A stretch of DNA of 53,617 bases, taken from positions 1 through 53,617 of the forward strand of contig JBCDBQ010000001.1 in NCBI GenBank assembly GCA_039183375.1. The letters are read 5' to 3'. Below are positions 25,952-40,935 of this stretch, piece after piece. The stretch is from Pseudomonadota bacterium. GTDB lineage: Bacteria; Pseudomonadota; Alphaproteobacteria; Rhizobiales; Hyphomicrobiaceae. Under the pieces are notes generated by a model. It saw nothing but the letters and a program-made list of their open reading frames with translations. It was not told the origin of the DNA and searched no databases. The position numbers and the translations under genes were made by a program. The first letter of the stretch is position 1. Every line of letters starts with the position of its first letter.

Positions 25952-26812
25952 ATGGCGATGCTGAATTTCGAGAAGAAGTACCGCGTTAAAGGCGGCACTC
26001 TCGTAGGCGGTGACTTGTTCGATTTCTGGATTGGTCCCTTCTATGTCGGCTTCTTTGGCGTAACGACAATCTTCTTCACGCTCATGGGCACAAGCCTGAT
26101 CATGTACGGTGCGGCTCAAGGGCCGACCTGGAACCCTTGGCTGATCAGCATCAACCCACCAAGTGTGGATCTCGGCCTAGCTATGGCACCGCTGAATGAA
26201 GGTGGCCTATGGCAGTTTGTGACGGTTTGCGCAATCGGAGCTTTCGTTTCGTGGGCTCTGCGCGAGGTCGAAATTTGCCGCAAGCTAGGCATGGGATACC
26301 ACGTTCCCATTGCCTTTAGCTTTGCGATCTTCGCTTATGTTAGCCTGGTTGTTATCCGACCAGTTATGATGGGTGCCTGGGGACATGGCTTTCCATACGG
26401 CATCTTCACCCATCTGAATTGGGTGTCGCATGTTGGCTATACCTACGGGAACTTCCACTACAATCCGGCCCACATGATCGCGATTACGTTCTTCTTTACG
26501 GTCACGCTGGCGCTGGCCCTGCACGGAGGGCTTATCCTATCAGCCGTCAATCCCCAACCGGGATTGAAGGTCCGCACACCGGACCATGAGAATACATTCT
26601 TTCGCGATACCATCGGCTATTCAATCGGAACGCTTGGCGTTCACCGGTTGGGGCTGATCCTTGCCCTTAACGCCGGTTTCTGGAGCGCCGTCTGCATTGT
26701 GATCAGCGGGACGTACTGGACTGATAGCTGGATCACTTGGTGGGAACAGCTCTCGACGCCACCGGAAAACTACTACCAAGCCGCTGATTACTTCGTTGGC
26801 GGAGGAAACTAA
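25952..26812 (+). CDS. pufL: Photosynthetic reaction centre L subunit
   Basis: [42 protein letters not shown]... is the canonical RC-L sequence pattern, with 5 TM helices and GGAGG upstream. Confidence 0.97.
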   Translation: MAMLNFEKKYRVKGGTLVGGDLFDFWIGPFYVGFFGVTTIFFTLMGTSLIMYGAAQGPTWNPWLISINPPSVDLGLAMAPLNEGGLWQFVTVCAIGAFVSWALREVEICRKLGMGYHVPIAFSFAIFAYVSLVVIRPVMMGAWGHGFPYGIFTHLNWVSHVGYTYGNFHYNPAHMIAITFFFTVTLALALHGGLILSAVNPQPGLKVRTPDHENTFFRDTIGYSIGTLGVHRLGLILALNAGFWSAVCIVISGTYWTDSWITWWEQLSTPPENYYQAADYFVGGGN

Positions 26813-26814
26813 CA

Positions 26815-27762
26815 ATGGCAGAGTATCAGAACATCTTCACCAGGGTTCAGGTTCACGCAGAGCCGGAAATGGGTGTGCCGATTGACGAAAAGGTTTGGCC
26901 GCGCGAAGGCAAGCCTGGCTTCAATTACTGGTTTGGGAAATTCGGCGATGCGCAAGTTGGTCCAATCTACATCGGTGGACTAGGCCTCGGAGCCTTCATT
27001 TTCGGCGCTGTTGCGATCATCATCATGGGCCTCAACATGATGGCTCAGGTGAATTGGAACCCCTACGACTTCGTTGTAAGGTTGCCGTGGCTGTCGCTAA
27101 ATCCACCTCCACCAGAGTATGGACTTCAAATCATCCCTCCGCTCGACAAGGGTGGCTGGTGGCTAATCGCCGGCTTCTTCCTGACAGTCTCAATTATTCT
27201 CTGGTGGTTGCGGATCTACGTTAATGCGGTTCGGCTCGGAATGGGTACACATGTCGCTTGGGCGTTTGCGTCAGCGATATGGCTCTATTTGGTGCTTGGC
27301 TTCATCCGGCCGATTGCCATGGGACATTGGAGCGAAGCGGTTCCGTTTGGTTTCCTGGCACACCTCGACTGGACCAACTACTTCTCCATTACGTACGGTA
27401 ACCTCTTCTACAATCCGTTCCATGCGCTCTCGATTGTGTTCCTGTATGGATCGGCACTTCTGTTCGCGATGCATGGCGCAACGATTCTCGCCGTAAGCCG
27501 ATACGGTGGTGAGCGCGAGATTGAGCAAATTACTGATCGTGGTACGGCTTCGGAACGGGCGGCCCTCTTCTGGCGCTGGACCATGGGCTTCAATGCCAGC
27601 ATGGAATCGATCCATCGATGGGCATGGTGGTTTGCGGTTCTATGTACGCTCACCGGTGGGATTGGTATTCTGTTGACCGGTACGGTCGTCTCGGATTGGA
27701 GCGTGTGGGCTGAAAAACACGGCTACTTTGCAACCGATGTCCATTACATCCCGGGCAACTAA
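26815..27762 (+). CDS. pufM: Photosynthetic reaction centre M subunit
   Basis: [13 protein letters not shown]...[10 protein letters not shown]...[44 protein letters not shown] is the canonical RC-M pattern. Confidence 0.97.
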   Translation: MAEYQNIFTRVQVHAEPEMGVPIDEKVWPREGKPGFNYWFGKFGDAQVGPIYIGGLGLGAFIFGAVAIIIMGLNMMAQVNWNPYDFVVRLPWLSLNPPPPEYGLQIIPPLDKGGWWLIAGFFLTVSIILWWLRIYVNAVRLGMGTHVAWAFASAIWLYLVLGFIRPIAMGHWSEAVPFGFLAHLDWTNYFSITYGNLFYNPFHALSIVFLYGSALLFAMHGATILAVSRYGGEREIEQITDRGTASERAALFWRWTMGFNASMESIHRWAWWFAVLCTLTGGIGILLTGTVVSDWSVWAEKHGYFATDVHYIPGN

Positions 27763-27907
27763 GGGGCTAGGTGATAGGAGTCCAAACAAGTTGCAATATT
27801 ACTCGACAAAAAAATTGATAGGCGCGGCTTTATTGTTGCTGCGCCTGCGGCGAACGAGGGTAGATGAAACAGAGTCTTCGCTCTTGAGCGAGGACTAGAA
27901 TGCGGCG

Positions 27908-28705
27908 GTGGCAAAAAAGATGCTGCTATTCGACATACTTATAATCGCCCACATAGCAACCGGCACCGTCGGCCTCATTAGTCTTTGGGGACCGGTTGTT
28001 ACTCGAAAAGGCAATTGGCTTCACAAGCTGTGGGGACGTATCTTCGTCTATTCCATGCTCACTACTGGCACTTTCGCCGTCGGAATGAGCCTGTGCTCGC
28101 TGGCCGCCCCGTTGGAGACACATGCCTTCTCAAACGATGCGCCTTTGATCCGCGGTCTATTCGGATGGATGATGCTATATCTTGGCGTGCTTACCATAGC
28201 GCTCGCCTGGCATAGCTTTGTCACTGTTCGCAATAAACGAAATCACCAGGCCAACAAGACAGTTGCAAACTACGCCCTACAAAGCCTGATGGGCTTAACG
28301 GCTCTCTACTGCGCTCTACGTGGGATTCAACTGCACCAATCTATTATGGTCGGCGTTGCTATTCCAGGTCTCGCAGCCGCGATACTTAACATCAACTTCC
28401 TTAGTCAGCGCGAGCCAATCCCTGATGAATGGCTAGTTCAGCACTTCCGTGCAGGTATCGGTGCAGGCATATCTGTCTATACCGCATTCCTAGCCTTCGG
28501 GGCCGTCAATTGGTTTCCAGCACTGGCCTTCAATTCCGTTCTATGGACGATCCCAACCGTGTTCGGTGTCGCCTATATGATCTATCATCAATGGAGAGTT
28601 TTCAAGCAACGTCATCGCGGCGGTCGCGACTCAGAAACTCTATCGGGACAGATTCTAGGGCCGTTGTTGACGACAGCACCACAGCGCAAGAATCACTCTT
28701 CATAA
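27908..28705 (+). CDS. Polytopic membrane protein of unknown function (DUF2306-like pattern)
   Basis: 265 aa with ~7 hydrophobic segments. The N-terminal pattern IIAHIATGTVGLISLWGPVV.RKG.WLHKLWGRIFVYSML is reminiscent of DUF2306, recalled from memory and unverified. The start is GTG 27908 or ATG 27920. Confidence 0.55.
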   Translation: MAKKMLLFDILIIAHIATGTVGLISLWGPVVTRKGNWLHKLWGRIFVYSMLTTGTFAVGMSLCSLAAPLETHAFSNDAPLIRGLFGWMMLYLGVLTIALAWHSFVTVRNKRNHQANKTVANYALQSLMGLTALYCALRGIQLHQSIMVGVAIPGLAAAILNINFLSQREPIPDEWLVQHFRAGIGAGISVYTAFLAFGAVNWFPALAFNSVLWTIPTVFGVAYMIYHQWRVFKQRHRGGRDSETLSGQILGPLLTTAPQRKNHSS

Positions 28706-28964
28706 GTAAGAAGATGTTCGACATTAGGTTGTGCGGCGAGCACGTTTTGTTCCCGGCACCTTGATCACATTGCGCAAGGTCCCCAATCCTGCGGATGCGC
28801 TATCAACCAGACAGATTGATTGGTAGGACGCACCGCAGTCCTTACCAAGTTTGACTGCACCAATGCAGGTTTCTAGTTGAAATAGCCGGGTCAAAGCGGA
28901 CGACAGTCACCGCTGATAGCGGGACTGATGCCCGCCAACCAATAAGACAGACTTGCTTCTTAAC

Positions 28965-30200
28965 TTATTCAGCCGCAATTCGCACATAGCGTCCGCTGCC
29001 AACAGGACAGGCCGTCCACAACGTACTGAGCGCATCGCACAGATGGTCAATATGAGAATCGCTGTGCAGTGGTGTCGGTGTCAGACGGATCCGCTCTGTA
29101 CCGCGCGGGACAGTCGGATAGTTGATCGGCTGAACGTAGATGTTGTGATTGTCGAGTAATGCATCGGTAACGGCTTTGCAGTGGACGGGATCACCCACCG
29201 CGACCGGGACGATGTGGCTCGGATTGTTCATGACCGGTAGGCCGCACTCCTTAAGCCTAGCTTTTACTGTTGCGGCACGTTCTTGATGGCGCTCACGCTC
29301 CGAACTGCTGAACTTAAGGTGTCGAATGCTGGTCAGCGCACCCGCAGCCACGGCCGGCGTGAGCGATGTTGTAAATATAAAACCGGGTGCGTAGGAACGA
29401 ATAGCGTCACAACAATCTCGGGACGCAGCGATGTAGCCTCCCATGACACCAAACCCTTTGGCCAGGGTCCCATTGATGATGTCAATACGATCTGCCACGC
29501 CTTCGCGAGCCGCCACGCCGGCACCTCGTGGGCCATACATGCCAACGGCATGGACCTCGTCCAGGTAGGTCATCGCTCCGAATTCTTTGGCGAGATCGCA
29601 AATCTCGGAAATCGGGGCGATATGGCCGTCCATGGAATAGACGCTTTCAAAGGCGATGATCTTTGGCGTCGACTTTGGATACTGCGCGAGCTGCTCTCTT
29701 AAGTCGCTGACGTCGTTGTGCCGCCAGATCCGCTTTTCGCCTTTGCCATGGCGTATACCCGCGATCATCGAGGCATGGTTCTTTTCATCGGAAAAGATCA
29801 CGGTTCCGGGTATAAGATCGACCAAGGTTGACAGCGTAGCATCGTTGGCAACAAAGGCCGAAGTAAACAGCAGAGCAGCTTCTTTGCCATGCAGATCCGC
29901 GAGCTCTTCCTCTAGTTCAACGTGGTAGTGCGTGGTGCCCGAAATATTGCGGGTGCCACCCGAGCCGGCACCAACTGTGTCGAGCGCCTCATGCATAGCC
30001 GCTAACACTTTTGGGTTTTGGCTCATGCCGAGGTAGTCGTTTGAACACCATACAGCCACTTCACGATGACCGCCATGGCGGAAACAGTCGGCTACGGGAT
30101 AATTTCCGCGCTGACGCTTGAGATCAGCAAAGATGCGGTATCGTCCTTCATCATGAAGAGCGGTCACGCGTTCTTTGAATTGTCGCTGATAGTCTATCAT
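28965..30200 (-). CDS. hemA: 5-aminolevulinate synthase
   Basis: [75 protein letters not shown] is the ALAS/alpha-oxoamine synthase family pattern. ATG 30200 is preceded by AAGGAAG. The track ORF extends upstream into puhE. Confidence 0.93.
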   Translation of the reverse strand: MIDYQRQFKERVTALHDEGRYRIFADLKRQRGNYPVADCFRHGGHREVAVWCSNDYLGMSQNPKVLAAMHEALDTVGAGSGGTRNISGTTHYHVELEEELADLHGKEAALLFTSAFVANDATLSTLVDLIPGTVIFSDEKNHASMIAGIRHGKGEKRIWRHNDVSDLREQLAQYPKSTPKIIAFESVYSMDGHIAPISEICDLAKEFGAMTYLDEVHAVGMYGPRGAGVAAREGVADRIDIINGTLAKGFGVMGGYIAASRDCCDAIRSYAPGFIFTTSLTPAVAAGALTSIRHLKFSSSERERHQERAATVKARLKECGLPVMNNPSHIVPVAVGDPVHCKAVTDALLDNHNIYVQPINYPTVPRGTERIRLTPTPLHSDSHIDHLCDALSTLWTACPVGSGRYVRIAAE

Positions 30201-30216
30201 AACGGCTTCCTTGCAA

Positions 30217-31101
30217 TTAGCTACTCGACGCAGCCAGTGTTCCTTTTGTTTGGGTTGGCGTATGAGGGAAGGCAAGCTTGTCGCGGCGTTCCGTCCCCGC
30301 CTCGCCATCATCCTTTGGAGTTGTGATGCTGGCGTGTCGCGATTTTTCGTGCGATGCTAGTCCCCATGACCACAGTGCGTTAACCGGTATCGGCAGTACC
30401 AAGAACCAATGTTCGATAACAGCTAGGGCAACCAGCACTGCCAGCAATCCATAAGTCGCCTCCTCAAATGATCCGGTAGGGGCCGCAATCGCTGCGTTGA
30501 AAAGGAAGCCTGCTAAAACGGTGGAAACAGTTACCGAGAACGGAAACAGGAGATTCATTGGCTGCTTGGTGAAGTACGTCTGAAGATAAGAAATGTTATC
30601 CGGCAGGAACTCCGTCGCATGATTTGGAACGCCGAGATAAACATTCATCTTTGCGCTTAACCGCATCCACCAGAGCACCAGGTAGGTGTACAGTCCAACT
30701 TGATTCTCAGCTTGCCAGGTGATGGCCCATATCATCAATCCCATGAGAAGAATAGCCAACTCATGATAGATGATGGCCTGAACCGCATGACTCAGCCGTT
30801 GCCAACCGCGACTTTGTCTGTCGGCCGCCTCGGTTCTCGGTCCTGTGATCACTCCGAGATACAGCGTCATTTCCTGCCAGCCCCAGCACAGGATGGCAAA
30901 GCTGAACGCAGCGTACGCCGCGAGTGGTGTCGTGATGGAAGCGGTCAAAGCCAGTCCGATCATAGCGGCGATTGACAGCACAGTTATCGCGAGCAGTGAC
31001 CAGGCATGCGTCGTCTTTGGCAGTCCGTCCAGATAGAGAATAATCCCCGTACTGAACCACCAGACAAACACCGCGAACACGCCTGCGATGAGCAACTCCA
31101 T
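30217..31101 (-). CDS. puhE: Photosynthetic complex assembly protein PuhE
   Basis: 294-aa polytopic membrane protein ([17 protein letters not shown]...[21 protein letters not shown]) in the conserved acsF-puhE-hemA context. Confidence 0.85.
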   Translation of the reverse strand: MELLIAGVFAVFVWWFSTGIILYLDGLPKTTHAWSLLAITVLSIAAMIGLALTASITTPLAAYAAFSFAILCWGWQEMTLYLGVITGPRTEAADRQSRGWQRLSHAVQAIIYHELAILLMGLMIWAITWQAENQVGLYTYLVLWWMRLSAKMNVYLGVPNHATEFLPDNISYLQTYFTKQPMNLLFPFSVTVSTVLAGFLFNAAIAAPTGSFEEATYGLLAVLVALAVIEHWFLVLPIPVNALWSWGLASHEKSRHASITTPKDDGEAGTERRDKLAFPHTPTQTKGTLAASSS

Positions 31102-31126
31102 CTAAACTGCGTCCTTTATCGGGAGC

Positions 31127-32194
31127 CTACCAGGCCGGTTGCAGACGGCTCGTTTCGGGAAGCTCATTGTTCTGCGCCGGCAGGAAGTAAAGACGCATGA
31201 ACGTCGTGCCCGCGACAGCCGCGAGCCCTATGCGCTTCAGTGTGCCGATAACGCCGGCCTGTTGCTTTGCGCGATCGAGTGCATTGCTGGTCTTTCGGAG
31301 CGATTCAAGGCCTTCAAAGAACTTCGGATTGTCGATGTCCAACGTCAAAGGAAAGACCTGTTTGGAGATTTCCGAGGTGACACGGAAAACTTGCTTGCCA
31401 TACTCTGTTGGATCGATCCCAAGGGCTTTATGGAATGCAGGCCGCGCGTGGTCACGAACATACATCGTCGCGAAGACAGCAAGTAAAAAGAAACGCACCC
31501 AGTGCTTGTTCATCCCTTTGAGGAGGTGCGGGTTTGCACGCATTAGTAAAGCAAAGGCTTCGCCGTGCCTGAACTCATCATTGCACCACTTCTCAAACCA
31601 CTTGAAAATGGGGTGGATCCGCTTGTCAGGATTGCGTTGCAGATGGCGGTAGATTGTAATGTAGCGCGCATATCCAATTTTCTCCGACAGGTATGTCGCG
31701 TAGAAAATGAACTTCGGCTTGAAGAACGTGTATTTCTTCTTGCGCGTCAGGTATCCGAGATCAATCCCAAGGCCAAAGTCCTTCAAGCTGTCATTTATAA
31801 AGCCAGCATGCCGAGCCTCATCACGTGCCATCAAGCGAAACAGCTGGCAAATGTCCGGGTTCTTGCCGCGTCGCTTCATCTCGGCGTACAGCACACAACC
31901 TGAGAATTCGGCCGTGAGTGAGCTAACAAGAAAGTCGACGAATTCCTTGCGCAGGTCTTCCGGTAGCGCATCGAGATCAAAGTCGTCCCAAGCATCTCCA
32001 CGTTTGAAATGCCCTTTGTTGGGATCACTCTCCATTTCCGCGATCAGCTCATCCCATTCGGCCCGCACCGGACTAACGTCAATGGAGTCGAGTTCATCAA
32101 AGTCGGTTGTATAGAAGCGTGGCGACAGAATTGTATTCTGCTCAGCCCAAGCTCTGGTATCTTTCTTTGTGATTGAAAGGTGTTCGATTGTCAT
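31127..32194 (-). CDS. acsF: Mg-protoporphyrin IX monomethyl ester aerobic oxidative cyclase AcsF
   Basis: Di-iron cyclase motifs are present ([15 protein letters not shown]...[14 protein letters not shown]...DEARHAGF...[10 protein letters not shown]). Confidence 0.95.
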   Translation of the reverse strand: MTIEHLSITKKDTRAWAEQNTILSPRFYTTDFDELDSIDVSPVRAEWDELIAEMESDPNKGHFKRGDAWDDFDLDALPEDLRKEFVDFLVSSLTAEFSGCVLYAEMKRRGKNPDICQLFRLMARDEARHAGFINDSLKDFGLGIDLGYLTRKKKYTFFKPKFIFYATYLSEKIGYARYITIYRHLQRNPDKRIHPIFKWFEKWCNDEFRHGEAFALLMRANPHLLKGMNKHWVRFFLLAVFATMYVRDHARPAFHKALGIDPTEYGKQVFRVTSEISKQVFPLTLDIDNPKFFEGLESLRKTSNALDRAKQQAGVIGTLKRIGLAAVAGTTFMRLYFLPAQNNELPETSRLQPAW

Positions 32195-32532
32195 AGCTTC
32201 TTCTCCGCGCTGAAGCTGAACTCACACAGTTCCATGAATTCCAGATCACCTGTCAGCCGTGTCCAAGTACGCTCAATCAAACCGGCCCTTCGCACGCTGG
32301 CACGCCGGCGAATCTCCAAATCTTCACCGTAGGGCACAACAATAGGAGCCCCGTGCACGCGAACCTCATCCCCGGGTTCAAGTGTGATCCCGTCATCTAA
32401 TTCGACATGCGCCTCGAGGCTATCGAACGTATTGATAACTCGAACGGTGCACTGCGTTTCCAGAGCTCTTCTTTTCATCATCGCAAGCTCTCCTTGAGAT
32501 AGCGTTGGACTGCTGGCAGACCCGGCAGTCAC
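32191..32532 (-). CDS. Conserved PGC hypothetical protein (soluble, 113 aa) between puhB and acsF
   Basis: Its GTG start overlaps the puhB stop (GTGA) and its stop overlaps the acsF start. It has no TM segment. The position matches the hyp gene of the puhABC-hyp-acsF-puhE-hemA arrangement. Confidence 0.6.
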   Translation of the reverse strand: MTAGSASSPTLSQGELAMMKRRALETQCTVRVINTFDSLEAHVELDDGITLEPGDEVRVHGAPIVVPYGEDLEIRRRASVRRAGLIERTWTRLTGDLEFMELCEFSFSAEKKL

Positions 32533-33251
32533 ATATGGCCCGGATTCATTACCGGATTGGCTCCGTCGCCCGCCGTGACTGGAATGTAACGGTCACGTGT
32601 GCGTACAACTTTGGGGCGAGCAGGTTCAAACACAGTCTCGTTCGCCGCTGCCGCTTCCTCCGCCTTGGCATGCGCCAACAAGGCATCACTGAGTGTCTTG
32701 GCTACTTTGGTACCGTCCGGCACTAGGCGCATAGCGGGTGCTGCACCTTGCCAACACCACGGTCGGTTATGCGGCCAGATTGCGAAGATCGACAGCCGGT
32801 TCCCATCGAGCAGTGAAACCGAAATGTCCCCAGCTCCTGAGCCGTGGATCTTCGCATCAGCACGCGCAATCTTTGTGAAGGGAACATTGACCGCCATCGG
32901 CATCGTGACGCCGTGACGAATGATGAAGCGCTTGTTCGTCAACGTGTAGATTGTATTGGTCGCAACCAACCAACCCATAACCATCAGGAAGCCCACGACT
33001 AGGCCACCAAGGAACAACAAGGTCACAACCGTCATCGCGACCCGCCCGGCGTCGGCCCCATGATTAAAGCCGGAGAATATGGACGAGATCGCGAGCACGA
33101 CAAAGAATGCAGCAATCCAACGCGTATGGAATGCGCGATGGCCCAATGTCCAAGGATCCGGTGAACCTGACCATAGAATTTTCTCGTCGTCAGGTAGATC
33201 AGACGGGAGCCCCGGCACCGGCTCGAAAGCAAAATCGTCGCCCGCGCTCAT
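32529..33251 (-). CDS. puhB: Photosynthetic complex assembly protein PuhB
   Basis: The N-terminus DDFAFEPVPGLPSDLPDDEKILWSGSPDPW is the PuhB signature. It has two or three TM helices plus a bPH-like domain (YTLTNKRFIIRHG). It overlaps puhA with ATGA. Confidence 0.85.
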   Translation of the reverse strand: MSAGDDFAFEPVPGLPSDLPDDEKILWSGSPDPWTLGHRAFHTRWIAAFFVVLAISSIFSGFNHGADAGRVAMTVVTLLFLGGLVVGFLMVMGWLVATNTIYTLTNKRFIIRHGVTMPMAVNVPFTKIARADAKIHGSGAGDISVSLLDGNRLSIFAIWPHNRPWCWQGAAPAMRLVPDGTKVAKTLSDALLAHAKAEEAAAANETVFEPARPKVVRTRDRYIPVTAGDGANPVMNPGHM

Positions 33252-34108
33252 ATGATCGGCTCCTGTCGATCTGGCGTCGCATAGAGGTAGCCGCCACCGA
33301 AGTAGCCCTGGATCTTATCTTCTTCCAGCATTGTCACCCGGTCGGGGTTAGCGATGGCAGGGATATCGGCGAACTGAGAGGACAACAGCGCCGCCGTATG
33401 GATTTCGGCGTTAGGTTTACCCTTCTTGGCACGTATAAAGTCCATGAGCAGGTCGCGATCAGTTCGGATCTGGGCAACATTGAAAGGCATCAGGACTCGA
33501 CGCCCGGGCACTGTGATTGTCTGCCCGTCCTCGCCCGAGGACTGTGTCGTCCCAGGTAGTTCGACTTCAAGGTAACGGATGAGGTAGTCAGATTTGTCGA
33601 CCCAAATGTCAGCGACAGTACCTGCGGCATTACTGTCCGCGCCGTATACAGTCAGCCCTTGCGGGTCAATATCCTGCTCTGCAACCGAGAAATCAGCTGC
33701 CACACGCATTGGTACGATGCGGGGTTCACCTTCGAACGTGAGATCAGCAATGTCGGGTCGTTCTGTATATGATGCAGGCCCTATGGCATCCTTCATGGGA
33801 TCACCCAACGGAACGAGTGGCGATCCGGGTCCACCAATTGCAAACTCCGCGTTCACTGCGCGCGTATCCGCCATGGCAGGGTCTGGAGCCTGACGCGTGC
33901 GACCATCATTGGTGATGAATGTCTTGGGTTTTGGCATCCATAAACTTTGATCCCACGTCTTGCCGTCGGGATCTGAAACAAGCGGAAAGCCTTCGCGACG
34001 TCCTTCCTGCTGCAGATACAGCACCAACCAAAAAAAGAACGCCCAGAACAGATAGAGTGCAATCAGCGCAATATCGATGTGTCCAGTAATTTGACCGAAT
34101 GCCAGCAT
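33248..34108 (-). CDS. puhA: Photosynthetic reaction centre H subunit
   Basis: MLAFGQITGHIDIALIALYLFWAFFFWLVLYLQQEGRREGFPL... is followed by a PRC-barrel C-terminus. ATG 34108 is preceded by GGGAGGA. The track ORF extends 35 codons upstream. Confidence 0.93.
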   Translation of the reverse strand: MLAFGQITGHIDIALIALYLFWAFFFWLVLYLQQEGRREGFPLVSDPDGKTWDQSLWMPKPKTFITNDGRTRQAPDPAMADTRAVNAEFAIGGPGSPLVPLGDPMKDAIGPASYTERPDIADLTFEGEPRIVPMRVAADFSVAEQDIDPQGLTVYGADSNAAGTVADIWVDKSDYLIRYLEVELPGTTQSSGEDGQTITVPGRRVLMPFNVAQIRTDRDLLMDFIRAKKGKPNAEIHTAALLSSQFADIPAIANPDRVTMLEEDKIQGYFGGGYLYATPDRQEPII

Positions 34109-34133
34109 TGCCGGTCCTCCCTTTGCAAAAGTA

Positions 34134-35567
34134 TCAGCCAGGTGTCTCTGTGATACCGAACCGTTGAATGACTTTCCGTTGCGCTTCGAGTTGGTGGCGG
34201 GCCAACGGCCCAATCACTGCAATCGCAGCGAACAGCAAGATGATCTCGAGGTGATAGACGGACGCGTAACCGATCGACGTGCCTTCGAATCCGTTGCCCA
34301 ACCCGCTGGAATTGACAAACCAACTCACGCCGTCGCGCAGCGCGCCACCGACCGCCATCGCGATACCGATTGCGGTCACCTGGACGGCTCCCCAAGCACC
34401 AAGCGCAAGACCGGCGCTTTCTTCCGAAGCCTGTGCCATGGCCGCAGTTAGCGTGCCGACCGCAAACAAACCACCACCGACGCCGATCAAGGTCGTTCCG
34501 ATCTGAAATACCACCACAGCACTGAGCGGCCCGGATAGTAAGACGGCACCAAATCCAACGACCCCGAAGACTGCTCCGAGCGCCGCAATCCTGCAGGCAT
34601 CGATCCCTCTCCCGAGAAAACGTGCTGCGAGGGCAAATCCGACAAGACTACCGGCTGCCATGAAAGCTGTTAGGGCAGTTGTCGCGCTGACGCTGAGCTT
34701 GAGGATCTCGCCACCATAGGGCTCCAGCAGAACGTCCTGCATGCCGAAAGCAGCCGACCCTAGTGCGACAGCGATCAGCAGTCGAAGTGTCTGAGGGTGT
34801 TGCCGATACTCGGTCCAGGCTTCGGCAAATGATGGCCGCGGTCGGTTGGGAGCAGTCAGTTCCAAATTCCGTGGCTCTTGCTTCCACAGCGCAATATGGT
34901 TCAAAGCGACAACAGCAAGGGCACAACCTTGAATGATTTGGATTAGCGACTGTGGCGTAACGTCTGTAAGTAAACGTCCGAGCAGAAGTGCAGATACGAG
35001 CATGCCGACAAGCAGCATAACGTAGAGTAGCGCGACGACTCGCGGGCGGGTCTGATCATTTGAGAGATCACTAGCAAGCGCAAGTCCTGCGGTCTGGTTC
35101 ATGTGAAGGCCGAAGCCGGCCAAGAGAAAAGCCAGACACGCTGCAATCTGACCGACAATCGGATGAGCCTGCGTCTCAGGTGTCAGGTTGATCAATGCGA
35201 ATGGCATGATCGAAAGTCCACCAAACGTGAGCAGGGCGCCAAACCACATGTACGGCACACGGCGCCAGCCGAGAAAGGACTTATGGGTGTCTGAGCGGAA
35301 GCCGATCAGTGCACGCATTGGTGCAAGCAACATCGGCAAGGATATCATCAAGGCGACCAACGTCGCCGACACGCCAAGCTCAACGATCATCACCCTGTTG
35401 AGCGTGCCTGTGAGAAGTACCAGCGTCATACCAACCGAGACTTGGAATAACGACAATCTGAGAAGACGCGATAGCGGCAGCTTGTCTGTCGCAGCATCAG
35501 CAAACGGTATCAGCTGCAAGAACAGATGCGCCGACTGATATCGATTTATCTTCGGCAGGAACTTCAT
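34134..35567 (-). CDS. lhaA: LhaA (PucC/BCD-family MFS protein, LH1 assembly)
   Basis: 477 aa from ATG 35567 (ATGA overlap with the bchM stop). PucC-family motifs are present (LLRLSLFQVSVGMTLVLLTGTLNRVMIVELGV). It sits between bchM and puhA. Confidence 0.9.
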   Translation of the reverse strand: MKFLPKINRYQSAHLFLQLIPFADAATDKLPLSRLLRLSLFQVSVGMTLVLLTGTLNRVMIVELGVSATLVALMISLPMLLAPMRALIGFRSDTHKSFLGWRRVPYMWFGALLTFGGLSIMPFALINLTPETQAHPIVGQIAACLAFLLAGFGLHMNQTAGLALASDLSNDQTRPRVVALLYVMLLVGMLVSALLLGRLLTDVTPQSLIQIIQGCALAVVALNHIALWKQEPRNLELTAPNRPRPSFAEAWTEYRQHPQTLRLLIAVALGSAAFGMQDVLLEPYGGEILKLSVSATTALTAFMAAGSLVGFALAARFLGRGIDACRIAALGAVFGVVGFGAVLLSGPLSAVVVFQIGTTLIGVGGGLFAVGTLTAAMAQASEESAGLALGAWGAVQVTAIGIAMAVGGALRDGVSWFVNSSGLGNGFEGTSIGYASVYHLEIILLFAAIAVIGPLARHQLEAQRKVIQRFGITETPG

Positions 35568-36262
35568 TCGCAGCTGAGCTCCTGTCCATGTGAAATGTAG
35601 AAGCCTGCTTTGATGCGGCCGCCACGCGCAAGTTTCCAACCCGACAAACACGGATGGGAATTGATCTCACGCTTCAGCCTCGGTGGGCTGATTGGCACGA
35701 TTGCCGGCGCTCGGTCTGAGCGTGGAAAGGCACGCCCGGCGGCATGCATGATCCGCAGCGCGAGTGTCGCTGGCGCATATGTAAATACCATGGATTGTCT
35801 TGTGCGTTGAGCAAGCTCCGCCAACGCGGTCGAGATCTGCTCGGGCTCGTAGTGAATGAGACTGTCCATTGCAACAACGTGATCGAACGTGCCAAGCTCA
35901 GGCGAGAGCATATCACCGACAACATAGTCGATGCGACAAGCAAGCTCCGACGGCGTTCGTTCCTGAGCCACATCAACAAGCGAACCCGCAACGTCAACAG
36001 CGACAACATCCGCGCCGCGCCGCGCGAGTTCCATCGAGAACGCACCCGTCCCACAGCCGGCATCGAGTATACGCCGCCCGACAAGATTGGCCGGCAGCCA
36101 CGATTGCAACTGAGCGCGCATGCTTTCTCGGCCCGCGCGCACCGTTTGCCGAATACGGCTTACCGGTGCATCCGTCGTCAAACGCAACCATGCTTCGGCC
36201 GCAGTCCGGTCGAAGTAGGTCTCAAGCTGGTCGCGCCGAGCATTGTAGGCAGTTTCGCTCAT
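35564..36262 (-). CDS. bchM: Mg-protoporphyrin IX O-methyltransferase BchM
   Basis: YFDRTAAEAWLRLTTDAPVSRIRQTVRAGR plus the SAM motif ILDAGCGTGAFSMELARRGADVVAVD. Confidence 0.93.
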   Translation of the reverse strand: MSETAYNARRDQLETYFDRTAAEAWLRLTTDAPVSRIRQTVRAGRESMRAQLQSWLPANLVGRRILDAGCGTGAFSMELARRGADVVAVDVAGSLVDVAQERTPSELACRIDYVVGDMLSPELGTFDHVVAMDSLIHYEPEQISTALAELAQRTRQSMVFTYAPATLALRIMHAAGRAFPRSDRAPAIVPISPPRLKREINSHPCLSGWKLARGGRIKAGFYISHGQELSCE

Positions 36263-36280
36263 AACTTTGGCAACCCTTGA

Positions 36281-40909
<4,629 letters not shown>

Positions 40910-40935
<26 letters not shown>

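Noticed and set aside
27791-27895. A PufX-like small ORF directly after pufM (TTG start, 34 codons, AGGAG upstream)
   Set aside because: It is too short. Its hydrophobic stretch (LIGAALLLL) cannot span a membrane, and it bears no resemblance to PufX. The region is better explained by 3' hairpins.
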